A DNA stretch of 64,000 bases from an uncultured Nitrososphaerales archaeon (GTDB lineage: Archaea > Thermoproteota > Nitrososphaeria > Nitrososphaerales > Nitrososphaeraceae). The translations under genes were made by a program, and so were the position numbers. The first letter of the stretch is position 1; the number at the start of each line of letters is the position of its first letter. The notes under the pieces are model-generated. The model did not search any database. It saw nothing but the letters and a program-made list of their open reading frames with translations, and was not told where the DNA came from. The DNA is taken from assembly GCA_963841565.1 (NCBI GenBank), contig CAWJCY010000012.1:128001-192000 (forward strand), written 5' to 3'. Below, piece after piece: positions 48,180 to 57,275 of this stretch.

Positions 48180-49073
48180 TTAGGCTACGTCATAGCCTTT
48201 TTCTTTAACGAGGTTCGAAACACTTAGGGATTGTGCATGAGCATTCAATAGAATTGGTTTTATCGTATCCTTAGTTAGATATTCAACCGATACTGATAAA
48301 TTCAAAGCTTCCTGTCCCGCTTGAATAATCAATGGCCTCACTGTTTCTGGGGTTAGGTAACCGCATACAATGGCCAGATTCAAGCCCTCAAAAGCTCCTA
48401 TTGCCATTTCCTTAGCGTAGGCATCCAAATCAATTTTTAGATCCTCTTCCGTAAAGAGGAGACCATCTGCAAGAGCACAGTTTACTGAGATGCCAGCTTC
48501 AATAGGCTTTACGTCCAATTTGCTCAAAAGGGAAGCTAATTTCTGAGATATTTGGTCTCCTGGCTTAGCAACACGAGTATCCTTTACCACCCAAATGCTC
48601 CCTTGATCAATTTTTGTTGGAACATTAGCTTCTTTAAACTCTGAAAGGACAGGTCCTGGAGTAATACCAGTGTTTCCAGCGGGAACGATGATTTCAGTTG
48701 GGGCAATATCACCACCTTTTGCAGGTAGAAATATTTTACTTTTATCAAAAATTAGATTAAGACGGAAAGGATTGGTATTAGTAAAAAGAAGCAAACATTG
48801 TCCTTCCAGTCTATTGCTGAACTCAGGGAGTCGAGGAATATCGTCGATCTTTTCAAATGCTCTCTGTACTACTTTATTCTTAACAACCCTCAACTTCATT
48901 TCGGCACGAAATTTTTTTCTTAGCTGCATTAATTGACTTGCTCTAACTTTATTCAGATTAGAAAGGGCCAAGGCTTTGTATTCTTTAGGGAATTTCAACA
49001 TCTCCTGATACATAAGCCTCTTTTTCTTAGGGTAACTCTTTCTGGCGCTACTCATAATATTAGATCCGACCAT
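48180..49073 (-). CDS. rpl10: 50S ribosomal protein L10 (P0)
   Basis: LRVVKN, PAKGGDIAP, PAGNTGITPGP, LLSKLDVKPIEAG. Confidence 0.96.
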   Translation of the reverse strand: MVGSNIMSSARKSYPKKKRLMYQEMLKFPKEYKALALSNLNKVRASQLMQLRKKFRAEMKLRVVKNKVVQRAFEKIDDIPRLPEFSNRLEGQCLLLFTNTNPFRLNLIFDKSKIFLPAKGGDIAPTEIIVPAGNTGITPGPVLSEFKEANVPTKIDQGSIWVVKDTRVAKPGDQISQKLASLLSKLDVKPIEAGISVNCALADGLLFTEEDLKIDLDAYAKEMAIGAFEGLNLAIVCGYLTPETVRPLIIQAGQEALNLSVSVEYLTKDTIKPILLNAHAQSLSVSNLVKEKGYDVA

Positions 49074-49078
49074 GGTTA

Positions 49079-49756
49079 TTATCCCGAAATTTCCCTTTTA
49101 GAAGCGCTCGTTTTTGCCGGTTTACTCATTGTGAATTTGAAAACGGCGCCGCGTATATTCTTCTCTCCTTGAGGGAGTTTCTTTTCAAGTGCTGAAACTA
49201 CTGCACTCGCATTGCTAACCAATGAGGAATCGTCCATATTCTCATCTCCAACTCTAGCAGAAACACTCAATTGATTCTTAATTCTCACCCGTATGGAACC
49301 TTGAAAGCGGCTGACAATCGATTCGAGAGGTGCGCCGTAGGGCAATGGAGTGGGCATCTTGCCCTTCGGGCCTAGAAACTGTCCAATAGACCTACCTACT
49401 GACGACATTAAAGAAGTATCTGACAAGAAAAAATCATGCTTTCTAACCAATTTTCTTGCCTCTCTTTTGTTTGTTCCCAATCGGTCGAGCTCTTGGGGTT
49501 CTAAAATTGTCGGAATGCCCACTTTCCGGGCTCTCATTGCCAAGTCTCCAGAGCCAATTAGGCAAATCGCAGATTCATCATTTGATTTATGGGGTAAGCT
49601 TACTACTTCGTTTAGACTAAAACCTTTTTTAACGTCAATATCCTTCAGAATAAGCGTCAATTCAGCCGACTGCGTGAAGTGTCGCTTATCCAAGCCATTC
49701 CTAGCTTGTTTTATCAACTCCTGCAATTGCTTATCATTTACCAATTGGGTCAGCAA
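49079..49756 (-). CDS. rpl1: 50S ribosomal protein L1
   Basis: RHFTQSAEL, GQFLGPKGKMPTP, FKFTMSKP. Confidence 0.96.
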   Translation of the reverse strand: MLTQLVNDKQLQELIKQARNGLDKRHFTQSAELTLILKDIDVKKGFSLNEVVSLPHKSNDESAICLIGSGDLAMRARKVGIPTILEPQELDRLGTNKREARKLVRKHDFFLSDTSLMSSVGRSIGQFLGPKGKMPTPLPYGAPLESIVSRFQGSIRVRIKNQLSVSARVGDENMDDSSLVSNASAVVSALEKKLPQGEKNIRGAVFKFTMSKPAKTSASKREISG

Positions 49757-49835
49757 GATTTGTAGGAAGCCTACTTAAAATTGTTTATAATAAATGGCGA
49801 AGGCACCCTAGGGGTTGTAAGATCACAAGTTCTAG

Positions 49836-49924
49836 CGGGCCCGGAGGGCTTCGATCCCTCGACTTCCGGCTTTCTTCACTAGGAATAGAAGGCAGGCGCT
49901 CTATCCAAGCTGAGCTACGAGCCC
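49836..49924 (-). tRNA. tRNA-Arg(UCU) with 14-nt intron at 37/38
   Basis: GGGCTCG/CGGGCCC acceptor stem; anticodon loop CTTCTA-[TTCCTAGTGAAGAA]-A with CTTC/GAAG central helix; T arm GAGGG-ATCGAAG-CCCTC. Confidence 0.92.
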
Positions 49925-50087
49925 AAAGTAAACGAATGCTTTGTGTATATACCGGGTGGTATTCTTCTGCTTTGTAATTTCCAAGGTCCATTCCTTATTA
50001 AATTCTTAGTTTTTGCAAAGAAAAAGTCTCACCGTACACCAATTTCAATAGCTACAAATTCGGGCAGAAACTATAGTAGGACTGTAT

Positions 50088-50675
50088 ATGGCGTCAGAGG
50101 AACAAGTGGGAGACGAAAAGCGGCATGGCCTTGGACAAAATGATGAGCTCGCAAAAAGTATGCTGGGAATTTGGGAGGAAATTTTTAAACTACCAACAAT
50201 AGGTCCTTTATTTTCCTACTTTGGTAATATCAAGGATGAGAACGCTCAGGTTGCAAACTTGACGGAGACAATATTGAAATCCCAGATTACTCTGGGTCAT
50301 TATTGGAAGCAGGTAAATCAGGCATATGTTAATGCAGTTTTAAGAATAAATGAGAAGAGCGCTTCTTCACTACTGGATATTAAAACCAAAAAGGATCTAG
50401 ATGACTACAGAAAATTAATGATAGATTCCTTTGAGGAGGAGTTTACTCAGTTATTTAATTCTAGGGAATTTGCGGTAACTTATCGAGATTTGCTGGACAA
50501 ACAAATGGACATATTAAGGCAAATCCAAGCCTCATCTCAAAGAACACTAGGAATACTAAATCTTCCTACAAGAAAGGAATTGGATATGATATCAAAAGAT
50601 CTCCATGATTTGCGTAAGTCTGTAATGGATTTGAATGAAAGGTTGGAATCAACAGTGGGCAAGATGCAGAGCTAG
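50088..50675 (+). CDS. phaE: Class III polyhydroxyalkanoate synthase subunit PhaE
   Basis: KLPTIGP, YRKLMIDSFEEEFTQLFNSREF, PhaE box LNLPTRKELD followed by coiled coil. Confidence 0.85.
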   Translation: MASEEQVGDEKRHGLGQNDELAKSMLGIWEEIFKLPTIGPLFSYFGNIKDENAQVANLTETILKSQITLGHYWKQVNQAYVNAVLRINEKSASSLLDIKTKKDLDDYRKLMIDSFEEEFTQLFNSREFAVTYRDLLDKQMDILRQIQASSQRTLGILNLPTRKELDMISKDLHDLRKSVMDLNERLESTVGKMQS

Positions 50676-50823
50676 TTAAACCTTGTAATAAATTTAGTGT
50701 CTATGACTTGGAATTGGCGGAAGCCATATGGCAGAAATGCAATTAGTTCGAGGGCTAGCAGAAAAAGTGGCTTGCATTCTGGGTCAGAAGAATAGGAGTT
50801 AATGGACATCGCAGTAGTCAATA

Positions 50824-51120
50824 TTACTCGGTCCCTTTCTTTCTTCTTAGTATTGGTGTAACGATCACCTGTACTAGATCGCCTTCCTCTATGTTTAGGG
50901 CGATCCTTTCAGCCTCAGGGATTGAGATCCTGCCGCTGCTCTGAACAGTAGTTTTGAACATTGCGTTAAAATGCAAAGCATTTTGCATAGTTGAGATATA
51001 ACTATGCATTGCATCCTGTTGGACTGAAGTCAACTTTTTCATAAATTCCCGTTGGGCTTCATTTCCCTGTTCAACTGCTTTTCTTAAGGCATCAAAAGAG
51101 CTATTATCATTTTCAGTCAT
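50824..51120 (-). CDS. phaR: AbrB-like regulator of haloarchaeal PhaR type
   Basis: Q/M-rich helical N-terminus plus FKTTVQSSGRISIPEAERIALNIEEGDLVQVIV; adjacent to phaE. Confidence 0.8.
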   Translation of the reverse strand: MTENDNSSFDALRKAVEQGNEAQREFMKKLTSVQQDAMHSYISTMQNALHFNAMFKTTVQSSGRISIPEAERIALNIEEGDLVQVIVTPILRRKKGTE

Positions 51121-51179
51121 TAATAAGGATCAGTTAGGTACATTTATTTAATATTATCACTGAATGCCTCAGAAAGAGC

Positions 51180-52013
51180 TTACTGCAAGAAATCTAGAAC
51201 TATTTTCGTAAATTCCTCAGGGTTTTCGATAGGTGGGGTGTGTCCGCAGCCCTTCATAACTTTAGTAGTACATCCTGGGATATCGCCATAGGCAGCCGAA
51301 TACTGGAAAGGAATCATTTGATCGTGTTCTCCCCAGATACAAAGTGTTGGAACATTTATTTTTGACAATCGGCCAGCAAGATTGGGAGAATCTCTAATTC
51401 CCAACAAGGTCGACATAAATGCATACTTTGCGTTAGGGAGTCTCATTCGGTTAATGAAATCGCGTATCGTTGACTCCGGTACGACTTCTGAATTGTAAGT
51501 CATATGTGAGAAGGCCTTTGCAACGTTTTCGTATGTGGGATAGAGTGCAGCCATGATATATTCATCAAGGGTTTGAGTCGACGTCCTCATAGTCCCTGCT
51601 GGAGAAACTAGAACCAGCTTTTTTACCTGGTTTGGAAATTTCATAGCGAATTCTGTGGCTAGAAAACCTCCGAATGACGATCCTATAAAAGTGGCTTGCT
51701 TGATATAAAGGGCCTTCATGAATCTATCGAGGAACTCGACAAAGAAATCCATCGTATATTCTACGGTCGGCTTATCGCTATATCCAAAACCAATTATATC
51801 AGGAATTATCACCTCAAATTTCTTTGATAAACCAGGAAATACGGGTACCCACCTCTCTGCGGAAGCACCTATTCCATGCAATAAAACCAGTATTCTGCCA
51901 CTCTTTGGATTAAAACTATTACCCGATATGTATCGTATAGTGTATTCATCCATATGAACCAGATTCATTGAAATGTCCTGCCTCACAACCGATTTTACAT
52001 GCTCTTGATTCAC
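51180..52013 (-). CDS. Alpha/beta-fold serine hydrolase
   Basis: LLHGIG oxyanion loop, GSSFGG nucleophile, WGEHD acid, CGH base. Confidence 0.92.
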   Translation of the reverse strand: MNQEHVKSVVRQDISMNLVHMDEYTIRYISGNSFNPKSGRILVLLHGIGASAERWVPVFPGLSKKFEVIIPDIIGFGYSDKPTVEYTMDFFVEFLDRFMKALYIKQATFIGSSFGGFLATEFAMKFPNQVKKLVLVSPAGTMRTSTQTLDEYIMAALYPTYENVAKAFSHMTYNSEVVPESTIRDFINRMRLPNAKYAFMSTLLGIRDSPNLAGRLSKINVPTLCIWGEHDQMIPFQYSAAYGDIPGCTTKVMKGCGHTPPIENPEEFTKIVLDFLQ

Positions 52014-52109
52014 GACCCCTAATTTAATATCTTGTACTTTGCGCTATACCCTAAGTCAAGCCTATTATCTAGCAAAGCAAATATTTCGAATAATTTCTAT
52101 AACTTAAAA

Positions 52110-52478
52110 GTGAACCCTACTAGTCATCCAATCTCAATTGAATTGATAGAGGAGCAAGTGACTTCAGGCCAGGATATCCATGGAACTATCAATCTCTCTT
52201 ACGATTCCAGATACGACACTATTGTTATAAATTCACAAATAGAGGATTCTAGCGGTACTTTTGAATTTATAGAACTCAATGGAAGAAAAATAGATTATCC
52301 TTACCCAAGGTTTTCAATCTTTGAAAAAGATATCTCTGGTCAGAAAAAGATAACCTTTACGGCGAGGACAAATCATATCCCCCGCGATGCCTCCGCTAAG
52401 GTCAAGTTTAGGGTATCCATTATCCAAGAACATAAAGAAATAGCTAGCGATATTTCCTACCTCATTCTTAGCAAGTAA
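52110..52478 (+). CDS. Hypothetical beta-sandwich protein (arrestin-N/SpoOM-like)
   Basis: ISIELIEEQVTSGQDIHGTINLSY alternating beta pattern; start placed at GTG 52110. Confidence 0.65.
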   Translation: MNPTSHPISIELIEEQVTSGQDIHGTINLSYDSRYDTIVINSQIEDSSGTFEFIELNGRKIDYPYPRFSIFEKDISGQKKITFTARTNHIPRDASAKVKFRVSIIQEHKEIASDISYLILSK

Positions 52479-52546
52479 TGCTTTAATTGAAGCTGTAGAT
52501 CGTTCGTCTTGTGCATTAATTAAGCACTTCTTAGATGCTATGATTA

Positions 52547-53008
52547 TCAGAATCTTCCCTCAGCCACGGTAACCTTTCCTGTCATCCATGGATGTGGCTC
52601 ACAGTGATATGGATACTCACCTGCTTCGGTAAATGTAAACTCATATTTTTCATTAGCAGGAATAAGACCAATGGTATCCATGCTATTGAATGCCCCATTG
52701 ACAGGATCTTCAAATCCTGTATCTGAGGTTACTGTGTGAGGTACTGAATCGTCATTTGTCCAAATGAACTTGTTCGATAAACCCAATGCCCCTTCCACCT
52801 CTTTCGGGACAAAGTTTTCAGTCTGTGATGGCTGTGAAGATCCAACTGCTATGGAAATTTCCACAGACTCCACGGGATTCAGAATTTCTTCAGGAACTAC
52901 TGGAGTTGCAGTTGCTTGCGGGATATATACAAATTGATAGTAGGCGACGCTAATGGCAACAGAAACAACAAAGGCCATGATGCTGATCCCTGCGACATTA
53001 TTAGTCAT
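52547..53008 (-). CDS. Membrane-anchored plastocyanin-like blue copper protein (complex III acceptor)
   Basis: N-terminal TM; WTNDDSVPHTVTS and YPYHCEPHPWM type-1 Cu ligands. Confidence 0.93.
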   Translation of the reverse strand: MTNNVAGISIMAFVVSVAISVAYYQFVYIPQATATPVVPEEILNPVESVEISIAVGSSQPSQTENFVPKEVEGALGLSNKFIWTNDDSVPHTVTSDTGFEDPVNGAFNSMDTIGLIPANEKYEFTFTEAGEYPYHCEPHPWMTGKVTVAEGRF

Positions 53009-53073
53009 CTACCTGTGCTTTGTATGAGGGGGAGACATTTCACATATAAAGCTTCTTTAGTGTTGAAGTTGAT

Positions 53074-54726
53074 TTAATCTGCGCGTCCATTTCGAGATTT
53101 ATCGATATTATCTGCTTTAGTTGAAGAAATGGTGTCTTGGGAAGCTCCCACCTGCTTTGAGGCACTATTATCAGCATTACCACCAGTTCTTAATGAGGAT
53201 GATTTGGTGTTTTGAGATGAACCAATTGAAGGTTGAGTTTTTTGCGCTTGTTGAGGAGCTAAAGGCTCAGCGACACTAGGTTCAACGGTGTAGGTAGTAG
53301 CGTAAGAAGTTTGAGGAAGTGGTGAAGGCGCTTTAGGCTGGATCGCAGGTTTAGGTGGCAGAGGTGGAGGAGCTTTTTCCATAGCCCGACCGTGTCTATA
53401 GATATGGAACATCCCTGCAAATACCAACATCATCAAGCCTATAATGAACAATGAAAAGTTGTTCATTCCACTTACTACTGCGTAGTATGCCGAAATATTG
53501 AGGTATATTTGAAATATGAGCAAGCCAATGAAGATTATATATACCCATCTTGCTGGAAGGTTGATCGGACCCTTTCCTGTAGCTTTCTTTGGCTGCGCCT
53601 TTGCCTTTGACTCTGCATTTTTGGCTAGCTTTATCATCATATATGTGAAACCGAACGAAAGCGGAACCAATAAGACCATTACAACATAGAAGAAAATAGG
53701 GTCAATAACAAGCCGCTCGAGAAGAGATTTCTGAATATCGGGATCTATATAGAAACCCCAATAGGTCGTAACAATAATCTGGGCTAAACTTGTGATACCA
53801 ACTGCAGTAATGATCGGTCGGTCCTTCCATGAGAACTTTTTGTATCGATCGACGAAAGGTATTATTAGCAATGTAAAAATGAATAGTCCAGGCCAGAGCA
53901 CACCCGTCACGAACTTATCATACTGCGTTCTTAAGAAAGCGTACAGACCTGTAAGGTACCACTCTGGAACCGTGATCCCGGGCGGAACGTTAGGATCAAA
54001 TTTCAATCCAAGATCCACAGGGAAAACGCCTCCCGTTATCATTATGGCCCCTGTAAAAGCCATTACCATAGGAACATCAAAAACCAAGAACCTCGGAAAG
54101 TGAACGACCATTAGACCGAGCATAGCAATTGGCAGCCAGAAGACGTGGAATGCGTAAAACCTCAAGATAAAGTCGGAAAAGCCTCCTCCAAAAAACGCTT
54201 CTCTCATATCAGGTCCTAATACAGGGATAGAATTAGTTAATGAAGCTGCGATAGAGATAGCGAGCTCAGCACGCTCACTAAATATAATGTCATATCCTGT
54301 AAAGGCCTCAAGTATTGTAAGAACTCCTAAGATGACTCCAGTTACCCAAAGGATTTCATTTCGAATCTTGTAGCGGCCACTGAAATATTGGTAATACATA
54401 TGAAGTAATGCTACCATCACCATTGCGTTGGAAGCATGATAATGAATATTACGTAAATGGAACCCAAATGGGATGGTATCATTAATTCTTTCAACGCTGT
54501 CCCAAGCCCTATCCAGGATAGGTTCATACCATAGCATCAAAAGCGCCCCAGTTATACCTAGAATTATGAATATGACAAAGGTTAGCATCCCTAGAAATCC
54601 AAGGGGACTGACGAATCGTGAGGGAATCGTGAATTTCATTCCCATAAATATAGTTCGGTCTACCCCATCATAGACCCATTTACAAAACTGGGCTAGACTA
54701 TTTTCACTCTTTAAGGTAGCGCCCAA
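53074..54726 (-). CDS. petB: Cytochrome b of Rieske/cyt b complex, with extra TMs and Pro/Ser-rich tail
   Basis: RNIHYHASNAM...LLHM, RFYAFHVF...VHF haem ligands, PEWY motif. Confidence 0.95.
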   Translation of the reverse strand: MGATLKSENSLAQFCKWVYDGVDRTIFMGMKFTIPSRFVSPLGFLGMLTFVIFIILGITGALLMLWYEPILDRAWDSVERINDTIPFGFHLRNIHYHASNAMVMVALLHMYYQYFSGRYKIRNEILWVTGVILGVLTILEAFTGYDIIFSERAELAISIAASLTNSIPVLGPDMREAFFGGGFSDFILRFYAFHVFWLPIAMLGLMVVHFPRFLVFDVPMVMAFTGAIMITGGVFPVDLGLKFDPNVPPGITVPEWYLTGLYAFLRTQYDKFVTGVLWPGLFIFTLLIIPFVDRYKKFSWKDRPIITAVGITSLAQIIVTTYWGFYIDPDIQKSLLERLVIDPIFFYVVMVLLVPLSFGFTYMMIKLAKNAESKAKAQPKKATGKGPINLPARWVYIIFIGLLIFQIYLNISAYYAVVSGMNNFSLFIIGLMMLVFAGMFHIYRHGRAMEKAPPPLPPKPAIQPKAPSPLPQTSYATTYTVEPSVAEPLAPQQAQKTQPSIGSSQNTKSSSLRTGGNADNSASKQVGASQDTISSTKADNIDKSRNGRAD

Positions 54727-55321
54727 ATCCCACTACTCCATTACCATTTGGACTCCAGTTCGGAGGTTTAATCCAGATTGCCCCGTTTTGATCTGCTTCT
54801 AAATCAAGCATTGGTAAGACATTTGAAGGAGGCGATTGAAGCGATGCTGGTCCTGCAAAGGCTACGCCGGTCAATGGATCGTATAAGCTGCCATGACAGG
54901 GGCATTCTCCCCTTTTCCGTCCGGGTTCAGGCCAATACTTCCATAAACACCACAAATGCAAACACACCATACTATACATTCTGAAAGATGAAACATCATT
55001 ATTACTTCCCCCTAATTCTTCAGGTAACCGAATGAACTGCCATGTTCTAAATGATTCCGAGTTTAAAGTCGGGTCATCTGTCTTGGGATATATCACGGCC
55101 TCAGCATGGTTCACTGGGAAGGAGTTGAGGTTAGCTTGAGATCCATCAGGTAGTTCAACCTTAGCCCTCTCCGATACTTGCGAGGTGGGATTGGGTAAAA
55201 ACTTACCCCAATCTATGAATGGTATAAATGTTAACACGGTACCTGCAGCAGCCATTAATTTCAAGAAATCACGTCTAGAAACCTTACCTCCCAAATTTGG
55301 AGGGGTCTGCTGTGACATCAT
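54704..55321 (-). CDS. Rieske [2Fe-2S] protein with Tat signal
   Basis: SRRDFLK; CLHLWC and CPCHGSLYD. Confidence 0.96.
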   Translation of the reverse strand: MMSQQTPPNLGGKVSRRDFLKLMAAAGTVLTFIPFIDWGKFLPNPTSQVSERAKVELPDGSQANLNSFPVNHAEAVIYPKTDDPTLNSESFRTWQFIRLPEELGGSNNDVSSFRMYSMVCLHLWCLWKYWPEPGRKRGECPCHGSLYDPLTGVAFAGPASLQSPPSNVLPMLDLEADQNGAIWIKPPNWSPNGNGVVGFGRYLKE

Positions 55322-55432
55322 TACAGGACTCAAGAATCGCATCTATAAACTTTTGGCCTGGCTAGATTGCAGAATTTTTCATCTTGAAATTCAGTGTTAT
55401 GCAGCGAAAATTCTCATTAGCATGTCATGCTG

Positions 55433-56410
55433 TTAACTTAGCCGCACGCGAATGATGCCGTTAAGATAATCAATTTCTTGCAAATTATATTTCGTGGCAT
55501 CTTCTGGCAGTTTAGCCAGAATTTGTGAAATCTTGGATTTGTTATCGGTTATCCTTACTAAACTGTTATGAGGTTCGAAATTCACACTAACATCAGATAG
55601 GCCTGAAATACCTTTAACCTCGGCTAATATTTCGTAAAAGTCTGGTCCTTTGATAATATCTGGTTCTCCTCTAACCAACTCACTTTCAGGCGGCTTAAAT
55701 GCTATTTTCCTAATTGGAGGAGACCGAATATCTCGAACTTGCAGATCTCTGTTACGTACTAATAGCTTCCAGACGTAGGCGGTGCCCAATCCTGCCACGA
55801 AGCCTCCAATATGCGCAAAATATGCTACACCTCCAGATTGTGGGAAGAAAAAACCAAAGACTAGTTGCATTATAAACCATATTGGTAAGAATGCAATTGC
55901 GGGAATCCTAATCGTCGTGATAAAGAAGGCAAATACCACTGTGAATATTTTCGCTCTAGGAAACATCACTAAATAAACTCCTAATACACCTGAAATTGCA
56001 CCCGATGCTCCTACAGCCGGAATCAATGCATTGGTATCATCCGTGGTGACCAAGCTGTGAGCATAGGCTGCTAGTATTCCCCATAATAGGTATATTAGAA
56101 GATATTTCAGATGTCCAAATCTGTCTTCTATATTATCTCCAAAAACGAACAGAAAAACCATATTGCCCGCGATGTGAGCAATTCCACCATGCATGAACAT
56201 TGAAGTAATGATGGACACGACATCCCCAGAGAGTACGAAACGAGGAATAGAGCCATACGTATAAAATAATTCCTGTGTCGCGATAGGATCTGCGAAGTTG
56301 CTCGTAAACGACAATTCCCAAACAAATACCACGACGTTAATAAAAATCAGACCATAATTGACATAGGGCCTTCCATGCAGTCTTTGGGTATCATCGTGGA
56401 TTGGGAACAT
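55433..56410 (-). CDS. Rhomboid intramembrane serine protease with C-terminal Hsp20/alpha-crystallin-like domain
   Basis: SMFMHGGIAHIAGNM, GASGAISG (catalytic Ser), AHIGGF (His); tail YEILAEVKGI...LPED...YLNGIIRVRL. Confidence 0.9.
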   Translation of the reverse strand: MFPIHDDTQRLHGRPYVNYGLIFINVVVFVWELSFTSNFADPIATQELFYTYGSIPRFVLSGDVVSIITSMFMHGGIAHIAGNMVFLFVFGDNIEDRFGHLKYLLIYLLWGILAAYAHSLVTTDDTNALIPAVGASGAISGVLGVYLVMFPRAKIFTVVFAFFITTIRIPAIAFLPIWFIMQLVFGFFFPQSGGVAYFAHIGGFVAGLGTAYVWKLLVRNRDLQVRDIRSPPIRKIAFKPPESELVRGEPDIIKGPDFYEILAEVKGISGLSDVSVNFEPHNSLVRITDNKSKISQILAKLPEDATKYNLQEIDYLNGIIRVRLS

Positions 56411-56464
56411 ATGTGAGCCTATTACAACCTTATTTCATCCTGGGAATCGGATAAATTTGTATAT

Positions 56465-56629
56465 CTAAAATCCGCCAAACGGATTTGCGTTAGGAGTAAA
56501 GTCCTCGTTCTCCGAATGTGCTTTTCGAGAATGCCTCTTTAACCGCTCTTTGTCATCGAATTTCATGTCACAGTACTTGCATTTGAATTCATTCAATCCT
56601 TCTTCATTCTTCTTTCTGAACAAAATCAT
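56465..56629 (-). CDS. C2H2 zinc-finger microprotein (54 aa)
   Basis: FKCKYCDMKFDDKERLKRHSRKAH. Confidence 0.85.
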   Translation of the reverse strand: MILFRKKNEEGLNEFKCKYCDMKFDDKERLKRHSRKAHSENEDFTPNANPFGGF

Positions 56630-56774
56630 ATGTTCGATCGATATTAGACAATGCAATACAACTTCATTAACCTTGTGTAGTCTATTTTCTTTGGAAAGGC
56701 TGGATGGCCCTTAATAAGCTTGTAAGCCTAATCGTTCTTACTTGAAAGACACTGACACAAATTAGTTAGCGACT

Positions 56775-57005
56775 TTAATCCATCACTATCATTGTTAATG
56801 TGGATTTGACCCCATTGAGCTTTCTTAGTTTCCACGTGATAGTTTCTTTGACCTTCTCCATTGTGTCAGCTTCGACTTGTGCCACAATATCATAGACGCC
56901 ATAAACCTGGTAAACTTCCCTTACACCTTCAAGTTTATTGAGTTCGGTGACTATAGAGTCTTCACTTCCTAGTTCTGCATTCATAAGTACAAAGGCCTGT
57001 GGCAT
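56775..57005 (-). CDS. Stand-alone Lrp/AsnC ligand-binding (RAM) domain
   Basis: AFVLMNAELG, VYGVYDIVA, LRKLNGVKSTLTMIV. Confidence 0.92.
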   Translation of the reverse strand: MPQAFVLMNAELGSEDSIVTELNKLEGVREVYQVYGVYDIVAQVEADTMEKVKETITWKLRKLNGVKSTLTMIVMD

Positions 57006-57275
57006 ACACCTAGATAGTCATAGCTGGTGTATAAAAACATGTAGATGAGTTCAATTTGTGGTAATTTTAACATGGAATAATATGTTCGAACCTGCAAATG
57101 CATTTAAAAAAAAACCAGTCGTCAATCAAAATATTTGTCCTGCTGAGCCGAGTCACTATAATAGAGTAGCTTAATAAATCTCAGAACTTCGGACTCACAC
57201 TTATCATCGAACATTAGAATAATGAGTCTTTTCGTTCACTGGTCATATAGGAATCCAGTTCCCAATTCAAAGCGT

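Noticed and set aside
49785-50143. ORFs 49785-49991 and 49943-50143
   Set aside because: Shadows of tRNA-Arg and the phaE start
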